Notes: generated by a model from the letters alone, not told the origin. 64,000 bases of DNA from an uncultured virus (IMG/VR IMGVR_UViG_3300032296_004100) (IMGVR_UViG_3300032296_004100), one strand, 5' to 3'; positions 41,101-50,759 are shown, numbered from the stretch's first letter. A program made the numbers and translations.

Positions 41101-43216
41101 TGTTCATAACAGAAGGGTGGTCAACCACAATTTTCCACTGAAGTGAACCAGACCTTGAACTATTCGCATAAGTGAATACTGGTTCAGGTCTACCAATAAA
41201 ATCGGTCTGCTTAAAACTGGCACGGGTAGATTCGTTGAAACTCAAACCATATGGTGGAAACCACATTACCCGTCCACCATTGGGACCCCTTTCACAAACC
41301 GGTAAATCAGAATAAGTCAAACCAGGTCTATTGGAGGTTCTCCAAGCAAGGTTTTCCAATGAGAACATATATTTTTTAGCATATCCATTAGGTCCTCCAA
41401 TGATATTGGTTGAATCTTGTCCACCTTCTCTTTTGTTAGGTGCGATGTTTAAGTTGTAGGTCTTATCAAAAATAGAATAAGAAAATCTTCTACCTTCGGT
41501 TGTTATTCCATCTTGTTTTTGTAAATCATTGTACTGAAGGTATGGTGTATCTTTTTGAAATATTCTACAATATTCTGCACCTACTTCAGCACCAATAGCA
41601 CCAATATATCTTTTTACTCTCGAACCTTTTGTAATTTCTTTGTATCCGTCATTAAATACTTTTGATACTTGGTCTATAGCATTTCCCGCATGTTGTAGTC
41701 TTCTACCTCCTCTTGGTTGGGAATCAATAATTCTTTGAGTATCGTCCAAAATAGAACCTTGTCTGAATTCAAATTCAGTTGATTCCGTAGCCTGATATGC
41801 CGAGGGTCTAAAATCAGGGTCTTCAGCAATAATTTCTCCACCAATACCAACAAATTTACCGGCATTACCCTTAAACTTAGGTGACACCCAAGTAAATCCA
41901 CCCACAACATCACCACCACTACTATATGTTGGTCCGTTAGCACCCAAGTTAAGTGCTTGACCTGGTCCTTCATATAGTTGAGCCAGCTCTTGTGGTCCAT
42001 AAACAGGAGATTGGATTTCTCTACCGAATTGGTCAACAGGAACATCACCCGAGGGTGAAAATACTTGTGAAGGTTCACTTTTAACACTACCAACATAGTA
42101 TTCACCATTGTTGGTATTTCTACCCTGAAGTGCTCCGGCAACCCTATCAAAAATAGGTCTATCGTAACCTGGTTTGTAAAGGTTGAAATCTAAGTTTTTG
42201 AATAACTGAGACCTTTGACCGCCACCAGTATTTTCCAAAAGTAATATTGACCCTCTTAGATTTGATTGTGAATTTAATCTAGCGAAGAATCTTCCAAGTC
42301 CTGCCGCCGCATTTGCGCCAAGAAAAGCTGAGGCTAATTGTTGACCTGTCGTTGGTATACCACTATTGATTTGTGGGTCAAAGTAACTTCCAGGAATAAC
42401 AGAAAATGGAGCATATGCACCCGAGATTCTATTCAACAGACCAGCAGCTGCTCCAACAATTGTTGAACCTTCGGTTATTGTGAAGTTTGGTTCTAAAAGG
42501 GGTACTCTTCCATTAATAAATGCTAAGATGTCCTCCCCCCCGTTCACATTAAGGAAATTTGCCCTCCCTATGGTGTTTCTCCTAATCTCACGACCAATGT
42601 TGTATTCAATTTGCCTCCTAAGATTTGTTGCCCCGAGCTTCGCCAAAAAAGAGTCACTCGATAAAGGACCATTTGAACCCTGTGGGTCGGGGTTCAACAT
42701 TATACCTATTGTAGGATAAGAAGATGCATTAAAATTTGGGTATGGTTGTGCATTAGTTGTGCGACCGTTGTTTTGAGTCAATATTTCTATTGAACCAAAA
42801 AACTGTGCAGAATCTAATAGTTGGTCCGTACTCGCATACGCATTGAGGGGTTTCCATGCTGGTGCAATACCAGGAAATCCAATTTGTGCGGCAGTAAATC
42901 CTTCGTCAATTATATTAGCGTCTTGATAACCATACTCACCCTCATTTGAGTTGGTGTTATTTAACGCCCCAATAAAAGGAACTTGTTTATACCCACCCTC
43001 GGCGCCATATTGGTTCAAAGGGTATAGTAAATTTGCAAGAATAGGGGTGTCGATTAAATTATCATCGGTATCGACCGGTGATAAATCTCGTTGTATGGTC
43101 TCGTAGTTATAGGGGGGACTAGGAAATTTGGGAGACTTCTGATAAGGTTTTAAATTCCTTACTACAAGTTTCTTCCTAAAACCCTCTGAACTTGGAAAAT
43201 CAAGTGGACTACCCAT
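38165..43216 (-). CDS. Large tail/baseplate protein (tube-initiator-like segments with an embedded OmpA-like domain)
   Basis: FIGRPEPVFTYANSSRSGSLQWKIVVDHP and PPVLVLRVGDFFHSKII...PMIANVTLSF resemble tube-initiator (gp48/54-like) folds; YFEND...SSAS...YNELLSQRR...KGE...CRR lies between them. Confidence 0.6.
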   Translation of the reverse strand: MGSPLDFPSSEGFRKKLVVRNLKPYQKSPKFPSPPYNYETIQRDLSPVDTDDNLIDTPILANLLYPLNQYGAEGGYKQVPFIGALNNTNSNEGEYGYQDANIIDEGFTAAQIGFPGIAPAWKPLNAYASTDQLLDSAQFFGSIEILTQNNGRTTNAQPYPNFNASSYPTIGIMLNPDPQGSNGPLSSDSFLAKLGATNLRRQIEYNIGREIRRNTIGRANFLNVNGGEDILAFINGRVPLLEPNFTITEGSTIVGAAAGLLNRISGAYAPFSVIPGSYFDPQINSGIPTTGQQLASAFLGANAAAGLGRFFARLNSQSNLRGSILLLENTGGGQRSQLFKNLDFNLYKPGYDRPIFDRVAGALQGRNTNNGEYYVGSVKSEPSQVFSPSGDVPVDQFGREIQSPVYGPQELAQLYEGPGQALNLGANGPTYSSGGDVVGGFTWVSPKFKGNAGKFVGIGGEIIAEDPDFRPSAYQATESTEFEFRQGSILDDTQRIIDSQPRGGRRLQHAGNAIDQVSKVFNDGYKEITKGSRVKRYIGAIGAEVGAEYCRIFQKDTPYLQYNDLQKQDGITTEGRRFSYSIFDKTYNLNIAPNKREGGQDSTNIIGGPNGYAKKYMFSLENLAWRTSNRPGLTYSDLPVCERGPNGGRVMWFPPYGLSFNESTRASFKQTDFIGRPEPVFTYANSSRSGSLQWKIVVDHPSVMNMLVNRVLNDTNLSQRADEILDSFFAGCRKYDLYELARKYYTVNPSDIFEIQQRLETKNVSGEDVEYYVRSVQSGGFNTSAGGTTGGGYNPSGSQSSFTTSGFDYLKIQNYGLYFENDIPKPNIEVDNYEVYYGTYTSSANKEIYSVESSKINQQTQVSVFFTQVVEGNKSAIEEMLIQLSKDLENDENATCFMELESSASNPQTPPYNELLSQRRMVSAIKYIESIGQLKKFIDNKRLTFSQITKGESAKNVAPIGLDGKSQGVFDCSGQDSLSRTSQVYSVNAMACRRTAITKIVFKEGPPNTDIDVPEEIPFYDEQIIEQRRPKPPVTQVVEETVFRDNITKRVLRSLLSECDYFEVIKEQTPMVYDSLKEKLKFFHPAFHSITPEGLNSRLTFLQQCMRPGDTIPTVKTDKQGGTSLQYNNAVNTAFGAPPVLVLRVGDFFHSKIIPENLSITYEDLDLNPEGIGVQPMIANVTLSFQFVGGQGLKESVDKLQNALSFNFYANTEIYDDRADATDDSYKVLDQEFIQQLNLKVPPPTLNQVQSTQPSSNLETIGRILTTTNTPNGDIGTIAYKDFMVLLVGQTQNYFTTVNNKIRDLNLQYNNAVRQQFSFSRRYTDGEMLVTGAGYDVPLFGKPSKFESDVNSVFESFTSDITNDQDGFIKYLIDDVRIFSNKTIRVIKNNYKDYVANFRGEFQNGATTILQNLVDTQTSYIQTLSRANVIPYFDSDPTLGMDGFQTTKGNAVVINISGTSAISTSSAGVTNTLEELIQDIGVVASALTEFNNVIESLYTANVSGKVYSGYTVTDLPDQDAVKSQVFEPFTDDTFWDSEANRREYFILSQQILDENRYNTFKESIIGNLRDNQGVLGNVTFVQVEQSFDNYWKGVARPAYLSENAATNTFLTDFQTNALREYLNFTPFNLNKERVFTYETILQPTAEQIQLIKNLGNKNNIDSNTTSWTTSVGANVIIGKSQLL

Positions 43217-43246
43217 TTATTGTTTTATTTATAAATAGGTTTTTAA

Positions 43247-44974
43247 TTATTTTTTTGACAATTCTTTAATTGCCGCCTCTGTTTTAATCTTAACAATCTT
43301 ATAGATATTATCTTTAATTTCAGGGCTATTGAATATATTAAAGATTTGTTGTTCACTCAAATTTGTTGGGGCTTTTACATCGATAGTAAAATTCCCATCA
43401 ACATTAACATTTCCTGTGATAGTTTCTGTTGTTGAAGTTTGTTTTTGGTATTGTTCCCAATTCTGATATCTTGTATCAGTCTGTTCCCCGATTCTTGAAA
43501 TACTTTGAAGACTCTCTCTTTGAGCACTATTTTCACTATATTTAGCAAGAAAGGTCTGATATCTTTGAGCTAAGTCCAAACTTATTGTTTGTTCCTCTGA
43601 GGCTGTTTTCATTGTTGATAAGACATCTTCGATTGACCCTTCTCCTTTAAGTAAACTCATAATCGAAGTTCCAACCACATCCCCGAAATTTTGAAATTCT
43701 TTCCTAAATTCTTCTCCTGTAGGTAATGCGCCAGGACTAAAAGCAGCATCCGCTATTTTTCCTTCTTCTGTTCTGGCATATTCTATGGCTCGTTGTAATC
43801 CTTCTTGACCTGCTAACGCATAACTCAATCTCATGGGGAGTGCTGCTATGTCTCGTGCCATTATATCACTAGTATCTAATTGACTTCGAGCAATATCTTC
43901 CATCGACTTGGGTCTATCTGCAGCTTGTTGTTTGATAAGTTCGAATTGAGACTGAGATAATTTGTCTAAACTTTCTGTTTGGAGTTTACCGGTTTCGTCT
44001 CTGAATTGTACTTCATAACGACCCCCCTCGCCCATTTTTGACATGTTAGCCACCAACATTTTATCCTCTTCGCTACCTCTTATGTCGAAGGATATTTCAC
44101 CTAATCGTCTATCTAAATCAGAAGCCGCTAATGCTGTCTTTGAAAACTGTTCAAATGACATTCCCGCAGCTTCGGCAAGTTCCTTCATCAATCTTACTCC
44201 ACCCGGATTGATTCTGAAATTACCCGTCTTCTCATCGAAGTAGGTAAATTGTTTAGTCATTTCAATTAATGAATCCTGTAATCCTTTTGGGTCATTGATT
44301 GATTTATCCATTAAAATAAACGGGTCCACTAAATCTCCTGAGGCAACACCCAATCTTTGAAATGCTGCCGCCATCTGTATTGCTCCTTCAGGATTTAAAA
44401 CTTTTTCAGCAAAATCCGAAGTTACTTGCATGTCAAACCTGAGCATCGAAGCTTGAGCTGCCATTTTGGTAAATCCAACAACACCATCTTGGAAATTGAA
44501 ACGATTCATCATATCAACTTTGTTGACAACATCACCCATGATTTGAACCGCATTTAATCCTAACGATTGAACATAACCTACGGATTCTTCAACACCTTCG
44601 CCTATATTTGAAAGTTCAACACCAACACTACCAAATTGCTCAACTAAAAAATTAACATCTTTGGTAAGGAATTCAGATGTTGCGAAAATTTCCTGTAAAG
44701 ACTCTTGTGATGCAACAACATTTCTCCGAGCACCTTCACCAACTTCAGCAATTGTTTTACTTAACTCTTCAGCAGAACCACCAAGTCTAACGAAATCCGC
44801 AACCCCATCAGATACTGCAGTTGAAAATTCGAGAAATCTTGCACGAGATTCTCCAAAAGACCTGTTAATAGTGGTAATACCATCTTGTATCCTACCTATA
44901 TTGCCCACCAAATCAGCGGACTCACCAAGAAGTGATTTTAAATTACCCAAAAACCCTAAATCCTCATCTGCCAT
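43247..44974 (-). CDS. Putative tape measure protein
   Basis: 575-aa helical Ala/Gln/Glu-rich ORF directly downstream of the tube and chaperone genes; similar in length to T4 gp29. Confidence 0.65.
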   Translation of the reverse strand: MADEDLGFLGNLKSLLGESADLVGNIGRIQDGITTINRSFGESRARFLEFSTAVSDGVADFVRLGGSAEELSKTIAEVGEGARRNVVASQESLQEIFATSEFLTKDVNFLVEQFGSVGVELSNIGEGVEESVGYVQSLGLNAVQIMGDVVNKVDMMNRFNFQDGVVGFTKMAAQASMLRFDMQVTSDFAEKVLNPEGAIQMAAAFQRLGVASGDLVDPFILMDKSINDPKGLQDSLIEMTKQFTYFDEKTGNFRINPGGVRLMKELAEAAGMSFEQFSKTALAASDLDRRLGEISFDIRGSEEDKMLVANMSKMGEGGRYEVQFRDETGKLQTESLDKLSQSQFELIKQQAADRPKSMEDIARSQLDTSDIMARDIAALPMRLSYALAGQEGLQRAIEYARTEEGKIADAAFSPGALPTGEEFRKEFQNFGDVVGTSIMSLLKGEGSIEDVLSTMKTASEEQTISLDLAQRYQTFLAKYSENSAQRESLQSISRIGEQTDTRYQNWEQYQKQTSTTETITGNVNVDGNFTIDVKAPTNLSEQQIFNIFNSPEIKDNIYKIVKIKTEAAIKELSKK

Positions 44975-45003
44975 TATGGACTTTTATATTATAAATAGGG
45001 TTT

Positions 45004-45165
45004 TTATGATTTTTTTTGATTGTCTTCAACCCACTTATCCAAGAGATACTTTCGTATAAAAATTGGCATACTCATAAAATCTGAATATGGTATTGAAAAT
45101 ATTTTAGACAAATAATAAAACTCGTCTATTTGATTTTTTCTATAATCAGAAGAAAGGACGAAAAA
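45004..45165 (-). CDS. Frameshift-accessed C-terminal extension of the tail assembly chaperone (GT-like; T4-like gp51-type motif)
   Basis: The +1 frame reads FFVLSSDYRKNQIDEFYYLSKIFSIPYSDFMSMPIFIRKYLLDKWVEDNQKKS*. It has no ATG at its 5' end, opens right after a TAG and overlaps the TTTTTT-CGT site. Confidence 0.7.
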   Translation of the reverse strand, partial: FFVLSSDYRKNQIDEFYYLSKIFSIPYSDFMSMPIFIRKYLLDKWVEDNQKKS

Positions 45166-45889
45166 AGTCTACCCCGAAGCCGATGTTAACCAATAGCTTT
45201 TCTCCTGACGGGGCAATAATCACTCGATTCATATCTAATCGAGGTACGTTTTCATTCATGAATTTTTTTATGTACTTAGAATCCGCAAACGGCATTGTTT
45301 CAGCAAACTTTTGAATTTCTACTTTGTCTTGAGTACCATCTACTTCAACTATTTCTCTCTGTAGTCTCCAAGTTCTAATTGGTGCGACTCTTCCTTGAGG
45401 ATAAGTTTCAGATAAATTATTGATTTCGGTGACTTCACCGAAATTAAGTGGTTTCAACTTTACGGTTTTTTCGGACACTGGAAGTTTTGTGGTAAATGTA
45501 CCGTCTTCATTTGGTTCATTACCACTAACGATGTTAAGTTCATCAAGTCTTTCATTAGCCGTGAACTTTCTATTTGTTTTTGGGTCAGTCAAATTCAATT
45601 CGATATTTGGTCCAAAGGCTGTGTTTCTAAGAAAAATGAGAATCGACTCAATGTCACCCTCCAATAAATCCTCGGGTCTTACACCAGGTTCGTATATCTT
45701 TGAACGAAGAAGATTGGTTGTCATGTCTTTACCACCCGCAATCAAAATATTTTCATCACTAGCAGTCAAATAACCAACCTTTAAAGATGATTTTTTATTT
45801 TTATAAAACATTCCCTTGGATGGAAGGGGTACCACATCGTGTGGCAATGTAAATTGTTGTTGTCCGTAATTAATAGTTTCTTGGTCCAT
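45146..45889 (-). CDS. Tail assembly chaperone / baseplate hub assembly protein (T4 gp26-like)
   Basis: VPLPSKGMFY...YLTASDENIL...LLEGDIESILIFLRNTAFG; located between the tube and tape measure genes. Confidence 0.7.
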   Translation of the reverse strand: MDQETINYGQQQFTLPHDVVPLPSKGMFYKNKKSSLKVGYLTASDENILIAGGKDMTTNLLRSKIYEPGVRPEDLLEGDIESILIFLRNTAFGPNIELNLTDPKTNRKFTANERLDELNIVSGNEPNEDGTFTTKLPVSEKTVKLKPLNFGEVTEINNLSETYPQGRVAPIRTWRLQREIVEVDGTQDKVEIQKFAETMPFADSKYIKKFMNENVPRLDMNRVIIAPSGEKLLVNIGFGVDFFRPFF

Positions 45890-45891
45890 AT

Positions 45892-45924
45892 AAAAGAATA
45901 ACCGTAGAGTTTATCTCTACGGTT
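45892..45924 (-). terminator. Hairpin / probable terminator after the tail tube gene
   Basis: Perfect 10-bp stem AACCGTAGAG-ATAAA-CTCTACGGTT followed by ATTCTTTT. Confidence 0.65.
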
Positions 45925-45960
45925 AAATATAAAAGGTAATAAAAGTAAATAAAGACAATC

Positions 45961-46449
45961 TTAGTAAATCAACACACAACGGTCCATTCTCAAAGTTGCA
46001 CCAATTGTCGCCAATCCATCTTGAGAGTAGTTTAAAGTGTTGAAGTTAACATCTGTAAGGAATGTACCATAGAGAATCCATTTTTCCACAACCACCCCTG
46101 TTGGGTCTAACATCTCTAAGTCAATATCTTTTTTGTATCCCGCCGCATATCCCATACGACCCGTTACCGATTCCGCGTGGAGACGAACCCACTCCATAAG
46201 AGCCTGTGCTGCAGAAGGTCCGATTGGGTCACGGAAGGTTACAGGAATAGTTTGCCAGTTAAATCTACCAGCAACATAGGTTGAGGTGTTCAAAAACTGA
46301 ATTTCTGTTGGGTTGATGATGATGTGGGGTCTTGCAGTAGATTCTACAAACCACTCATTTATACCCAAAGATGATGGAAACCTTAATATGAACCTGTTTT
46401 GTCTTTTTGGTTCGTAAGGAATCGGCATTTTCATTAATAAATCCGCCAT
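45961..46449 (-). CDS. Tail tube protein (gp19-like)
   Basis: YEPKRQNRF...YVAGRFNWQTIPVTFRDPI...LEMLDPTGVVVEKWILYGTF; 162 aa, near the sheath gene. Confidence 0.88.
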   Translation of the reverse strand: MADLLMKMPIPYEPKRQNRFILRFPSSLGINEWFVESTARPHIIINPTEIQFLNTSTYVAGRFNWQTIPVTFRDPIGPSAAQALMEWVRLHAESVTGRMGYAAGYKKDIDLEMLDPTGVVVEKWILYGTFLTDVNFNTLNYSQDGLATIGATLRMDRCVLIY

Positions 46450-46558
46450 GGTAATATCTTAATTTTTTCTTTTATCTTTTATTATAAATATACCCATCAG
46501 TATAATTTTTCTATTGACTTTATTTTTTAAAAATTTACTCTCTTATAGAGCTCCAGTA

Positions 46559-47380
46559 CTAGTATTCTTTTTTTATTCCTCCTTTAGTTGAATAAGTTTT
46601 AACTGGTTCTTTAATAGATTTAAAATAATCCTTAATTTTTTCTACATTCTTTTCGTCATCATCTGAAAATCCAATAGTTGGCTTGCCTGGTACAAACTTA
46701 TTAGCAATTCCTTTCTTTAGAAAAGCTGTTTTATGTAGCACAGCCGCCATTGATTTAACATAGTTTACAAAGTCCGCCATTGCTTTTACCTTTTCTTCTT
46801 CAGGAGACGAGGCACCCTTATCACTTCCGAAACTAACAGGATTATAACGATTCAGTTCCAAGTAAGACCTAACCATTTCTTCATCGGTCATTTCTTCTTC
46901 GTCAACAAAATCTCGATATTTTTTTAGATTTTTAATTAATTCTTTTTTGGAAATACCACCAAAATTCTTATCGATATAGTTGAAAATAGCCTCTTTAATA
47001 GTATTTGGATTATGACCTCGAGCGGTAATAATTGCAAAAATCGAACCATTATTAATAGATTCTTTGAAATCGTTCCATGCCGGTCCAATTCTAGCCTTTA
47101 AACTATCTTTTAAAAATTGTTTGTCACCGTGGACCCCAAAAAAACGGAAAGGGTCTTCCGAGTAATCTACAATAGTATTACCTAAGTAATCAAAAGATGT
47201 TTTACCAATTCTCTCCCTATGAGTAGCAAAATCCTCGGTTGACATTTCCACTTCTTTACCCTTATCATTTAACAAAATGATTTTGGTTGGCATGTGGACA
47301 ATGTTATCGTCCCAATCAAAAGCATAGTATTTAAGGTCGGGTGTTCCAATTTTGAAGGGGTCTTTTATTTTATTATACAT
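46559..47380 (-). CDS. HAD-superfamily phosphatase-like protein
   Basis: Motif I FDWDDNI, motif II IITARGH, a conserved Lys and motif IV GFSDDD. Confidence 0.7.
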   Translation of the reverse strand: MYNKIKDPFKIGTPDLKYYAFDWDDNIVHMPTKIILLNDKGKEVEMSTEDFATHRERIGKTSFDYLGNTIVDYSEDPFRFFGVHGDKQFLKDSLKARIGPAWNDFKESINNGSIFAIITARGHNPNTIKEAIFNYIDKNFGGISKKELIKNLKKYRDFVDEEEMTDEEMVRSYLELNRYNPVSFGSDKGASSPEEEKVKAMADFVNYVKSMAAVLHKTAFLKKGIANKFVPGKPTIGFSDDDEKNVEKIKDYFKSIKEPVKTYSTKGGIKKEY

Positions 47381-47392
47381 TTCCAATTAGGC

Positions 47393-47423
47393 AAAAAAAG
47401 GGTGGGAATTTGTTTTCCCACCC
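47393..47423 (-). terminator. Rho-independent terminator after the tail sheath gene
   Basis: Minus strand GGGTGGGAA-AACAAA-TTCCCACCC-TTTTTTT. Confidence 0.85.
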
Positions 47424-47431
47424 CAAATATA

Positions 47432-50400
47432 TTAAATATTTTCGAAAGATGCTCCTGTTGGAGTAATTAAAAACTCAATATCGATAAATTCAAGTGCTTT
47501 AGTTGGTTTCAAATATATTTTACCTGTCAAAGTATTTCTATCCAAATCTTCAGGAGTTGATGCTACTGTCACTCTAAAGTCATACAAACCACGGTCTCGT
47601 CTAATTGCATCCAAGATTGGGTTTACAGAATCCAAGAATTGTTGTCTTACAATTTCATCGTTTTGTTCGAACAATAGTCTTACAGCAACCGCTGAAATCA
47701 ACTTACGAGCTTGTAACAACAATCTTCTAACATTTAATCTGTTTAGAGCAGAATCTCTGACTTGTAAGGTTTTGTTACCCCAAATTACAGTACCAACATC
47801 AGAGAAGGTTGCAATAGGGTTTATTCTACCTTGGTAAAGAGTATCTCTGTCTTCCTGAGTAAGTTTTAATCTTGCTTTAACGGAGTTTACAAGACCTCTT
47901 GTGTAACCCGCAGATGCAAACCAAGGGAAGGAAATGTTATCAGTTAAAGCTAAGTTTCTACAAACCTGACCCGTTGCCGGTAGATATATCTGTGTATTGT
48001 TAACAGTATCTCTTTCCAAAATCCATGGGTAATAGGTTGCTGTATAAGATGAATCGATACCAGTTTGGTCTAAATTATCTACCGCTTCTTGTGGGTAAAT
48101 AATCTCAAATTGAGAAGTAGCGTCTGAAGTAAACATGTTGTAGTCAGGAGTTGTTACGACATAAACCGCGTCTGCCCTTTCATTTTCAACCATACCAATT
48201 GCCAATTCAGCAAGATTTGAGTTATTAACATAATCAATACCCGGAGTTGCAAATACATTGATATTTGTGGATTCAGGATTGTTAAATGTTAATTGACCAA
48301 GTAAGTAAGCGTAATAATCTGTGTTTGCGAAATCTTGAGTGTTATCTCCAATAACAATTCGCTTGAAAGTACCATCACCAGATGCTGTTGGGTATCTTTG
48401 GGTAGGTGTTGCCCCTTGTAAGTATCCCTGAGCTCCAAGAGCAAATCTGTCTTGGTTTGTTCTAAATTCTCTGTAGATATCCCATCCATCAAATCCTCCT
48501 TGGAAAACTGTTGTGAACTTTCTTGAGTACAAGAAGTAATATGGATTATCTTGAGAAGTTGGTTCCCCATCAAAACTTGCAACACCACAATCAAATGCTG
48601 GTGTACCACTTGTTATTTGAGAATTTGCAATGGTGATAACTGTTGCTCCCGAGTCAAAGTGAAACCCTTTAGTTTGATAGTTCCAAGATTCTGAAGTTGT
48701 TGCTAAGTCCCAACCAACTACAGGGTTTTTCTTCCCTTTATATTGTAGTAAGTCACTATCAATTCCGAATTGAGTCGAGATACCCAAGTAGGTTCTTCTA
48801 ACAATATCTCCTGAAGAACTTACAATATTACTACCTCCAGCAGTTGTTCCAAAAGGTGGGTCAAAAATTGTTTCCCCTGGGAAGAAGTATTTAGTTTTGA
48901 TGATAGGGAAAGGAGAAGGGTTTGTAACACTTTCATAAACTCTTTCTTCCAAACCATAGAAACCACAAGGTAATGCATCGATTGGATATTCATCTGAAAG
49001 TTCAATCATCACATACGCAGAATTCAAAGGATATTCACCGTCTACCGAACCAATTTTTTTAGCGACAAAACTGTTCGATGCTGGGTCCATTGTACAGTTT
49101 GTGAATTTTTCATAAACAACAGGATTAGCATCCGTATCAAAAAAGTCTCTTACTTGTACATCAAATGTTGAGTTATTAAACGAAATATTCGCAATAGAAA
49201 TTTTAACCTGAGTGTTAGCCTCAAAACCATCAGAAATTGTAACAAATCTGAATAGTTCATAAACTTTATTACCACGAAGTTCAGAAACTAAGAAAGGGGT
49301 TTTTGGTGTTTGATATTGTTCCAAATTCCACGCAATTGAAGTTGTAGAGCTTTTATCACGAGCCTCAGGGAGAGCAATCAAATCACACTTGACACCTCTA
49401 ACATACCCTTTATTAAAACCATAGTTTAACATTCCTAGATAAGATTCCTCAACATAAATTGGGACATCTTGTCTTGGTTTAGAAAAATTGGTGACGCCTA
49501 AAACTTTAGTTAAGTAATTCGCATTTGTTGAATCGAACGATGTGTCAAAAGCAAATGTGTCACCTTCAAAAGTTACACCACTTAATTGGAAAGTTGCAAA
49601 CGGACTTTGTGAAATTCCGGAATATGCACCAGTACAAATGAGATTCAAATCAGTTAAACCAGTAACTTGATACTGAGGACCGTGGTCATTAGCGTTATAA
49701 TTTGAAATACCTCTTGAACGAAGAGTTGCTAAAATAAGATTGTTCCAATCAGTATATGCTGTACCTGAATAGGTGTAAGTTTTCCCTACAAGAGTCCCCG
49801 AGAATGAACCTGAAGCACCTGTAACAAAGTCCGTAACATTGTAATACCATGAATAACCCGAATAAGAATTAGCAGTTGTTACATCAAAAGTTGCATAGTA
49901 CCAAGGGTCATTATTACCATCGGTTAATTCTGCAAAATCTAAACTTAAGTCATCACATCCAAACACATTATCAAAATTTGGGTATTGTGAGTTTAATACA
50001 TTGTAATCAGATGTGGGAATAGAACCATAGACATTTACTGTTGAACCACTCAATGATGTATTTGCCGAAATACTAATCATAAAATTAAACAGGTCACTAT
50101 TGTAAGTTGAAGTGGACCCATCAATTAAAGTGTAAGAGGTGTTCAATGCGTTTAAAACTAACGGAGGAAGTCCCCCACCAAAAGTTAGTGTGTTACCAGT
50201 TGTAAAACCAGCAAAAGTTGTGGTGAATGAAACAGGAGCACTTGTGTCAATACCAACAGTCGTACCATTGACATTTGCAATCGCTTGTAATGACCATGAA
50301 GGTCCTGCGTCATAACCCGACAAACCTAAAATACGGGTTACAAATAATTGATTAGATTGTTGAAGGTACGCTTTGGCAATGTAAGCGGCTTCATATTTCG

Positions 50401-50635
50401 GTATTTGAGTTCCGATAAATTTTTCAGGTATGGTTCCCCCAAAGAAAGTCTGAAACTCATCGAAATTTGTTATAAAAATTGGTTCGAAGGCGGGACCTCT
50501 TAGAGTCTCCCCCACCAAACCTAATGTGGTTACACCCACACTTTGTGCTACAAACGATAAATCTGTTTCTGATGTATAAACCCCTGGGGATACAAAAACT
50601 TTTTGATTTGCTTGTGATGTTACTTGAAAAAACAT
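47432..50635 (-). CDS. Contractile tail sheath protein (gp18-like)
   Basis: SPGVYTSETDLS N-terminus; PWFASAGYTRG, LYQGRINPI, WGNKTLQ, LNRLNVRRLL and LFEQND motifs. Confidence 0.95.
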   Translation of the reverse strand: MFFQVTSQANQKVFVSPGVYTSETDLSFVAQSVGVTTLGLVGETLRGPAFEPIFITNFDEFQTFFGGTIPEKFIGTQIPKYEAAYIAKAYLQQSNQLFVTRILGLSGYDAGPSWSLQAIANVNGTTVGIDTSAPVSFTTTFAGFTTGNTLTFGGGLPPLVLNALNTSYTLIDGSTSTYNSDLFNFMISISANTSLSGSTVNVYGSIPTSDYNVLNSQYPNFDNVFGCDDLSLDFAELTDGNNDPWYYATFDVTTANSYSGYSWYYNVTDFVTGASGSFSGTLVGKTYTYSGTAYTDWNNLILATLRSRGISNYNANDHGPQYQVTGLTDLNLICTGAYSGISQSPFATFQLSGVTFEGDTFAFDTSFDSTNANYLTKVLGVTNFSKPRQDVPIYVEESYLGMLNYGFNKGYVRGVKCDLIALPEARDKSSTTSIAWNLEQYQTPKTPFLVSELRGNKVYELFRFVTISDGFEANTQVKISIANISFNNSTFDVQVRDFFDTDANPVVYEKFTNCTMDPASNSFVAKKIGSVDGEYPLNSAYVMIELSDEYPIDALPCGFYGLEERVYESVTNPSPFPIIKTKYFFPGETIFDPPFGTTAGGSNIVSSSGDIVRRTYLGISTQFGIDSDLLQYKGKKNPVVGWDLATTSESWNYQTKGFHFDSGATVITIANSQITSGTPAFDCGVASFDGEPTSQDNPYYFLYSRKFTTVFQGGFDGWDIYREFRTNQDRFALGAQGYLQGATPTQRYPTASGDGTFKRIVIGDNTQDFANTDYYAYLLGQLTFNNPESTNINVFATPGIDYVNNSNLAELAIGMVENERADAVYVVTTPDYNMFTSDATSQFEIIYPQEAVDNLDQTGIDSSYTATYYPWILERDTVNNTQIYLPATGQVCRNLALTDNISFPWFASAGYTRGLVNSVKARLKLTQEDRDTLYQGRINPIATFSDVGTVIWGNKTLQVRDSALNRLNVRRLLLQARKLISAVAVRLLFEQNDEIVRQQFLDSVNPILDAIRRDRGLYDFRVTVASTPEDLDRNTLTGKIYLKPTKALEFIDIEFLITPTGASFENI

Positions 50636-50735
50636 TTTTTTAAATTTTTCTTATTCGGTTTTATTTTATTAGATAAATATTTGATTTAAAACCAAAAAAC
50701 TTGACTTTTGAATATGTATTATTAAACGGTGAGAA

Positions 50736-50757
50736 TTTTTTCTACCTTTTTTCTGCC
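50736..50757 (+). repeat. 11-bp tandem direct repeat (candidate operator)
   Basis: TTTTTTCTACC TTTTTTCTGCC, ending 2 nt before ATG 50760. Confidence 0.5.
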
Positions 50758-50759
50758 TT

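Noticed and set aside
41674..42150. 158-aa alternate-frame ORF and other short nested ORFs within long genes
   Set aside because: No recognisable motifs or start signals; consistent with chance open frames.
46511..46545. Plus-strand TTGACT promoter-like sequence
   Set aside because: Weak downstream element and no plus-strand gene follows; it would only give antisense RNA and cannot be supported.
19767..50635. Bacterial contractile injection system (eCIS/T6SS) or tailocin
   Set aside because: Tail genes are interleaved with phage replication genes (PolB, helicase, SSB, RecA, RNR) and neck proteins, which indicates a phage genome.
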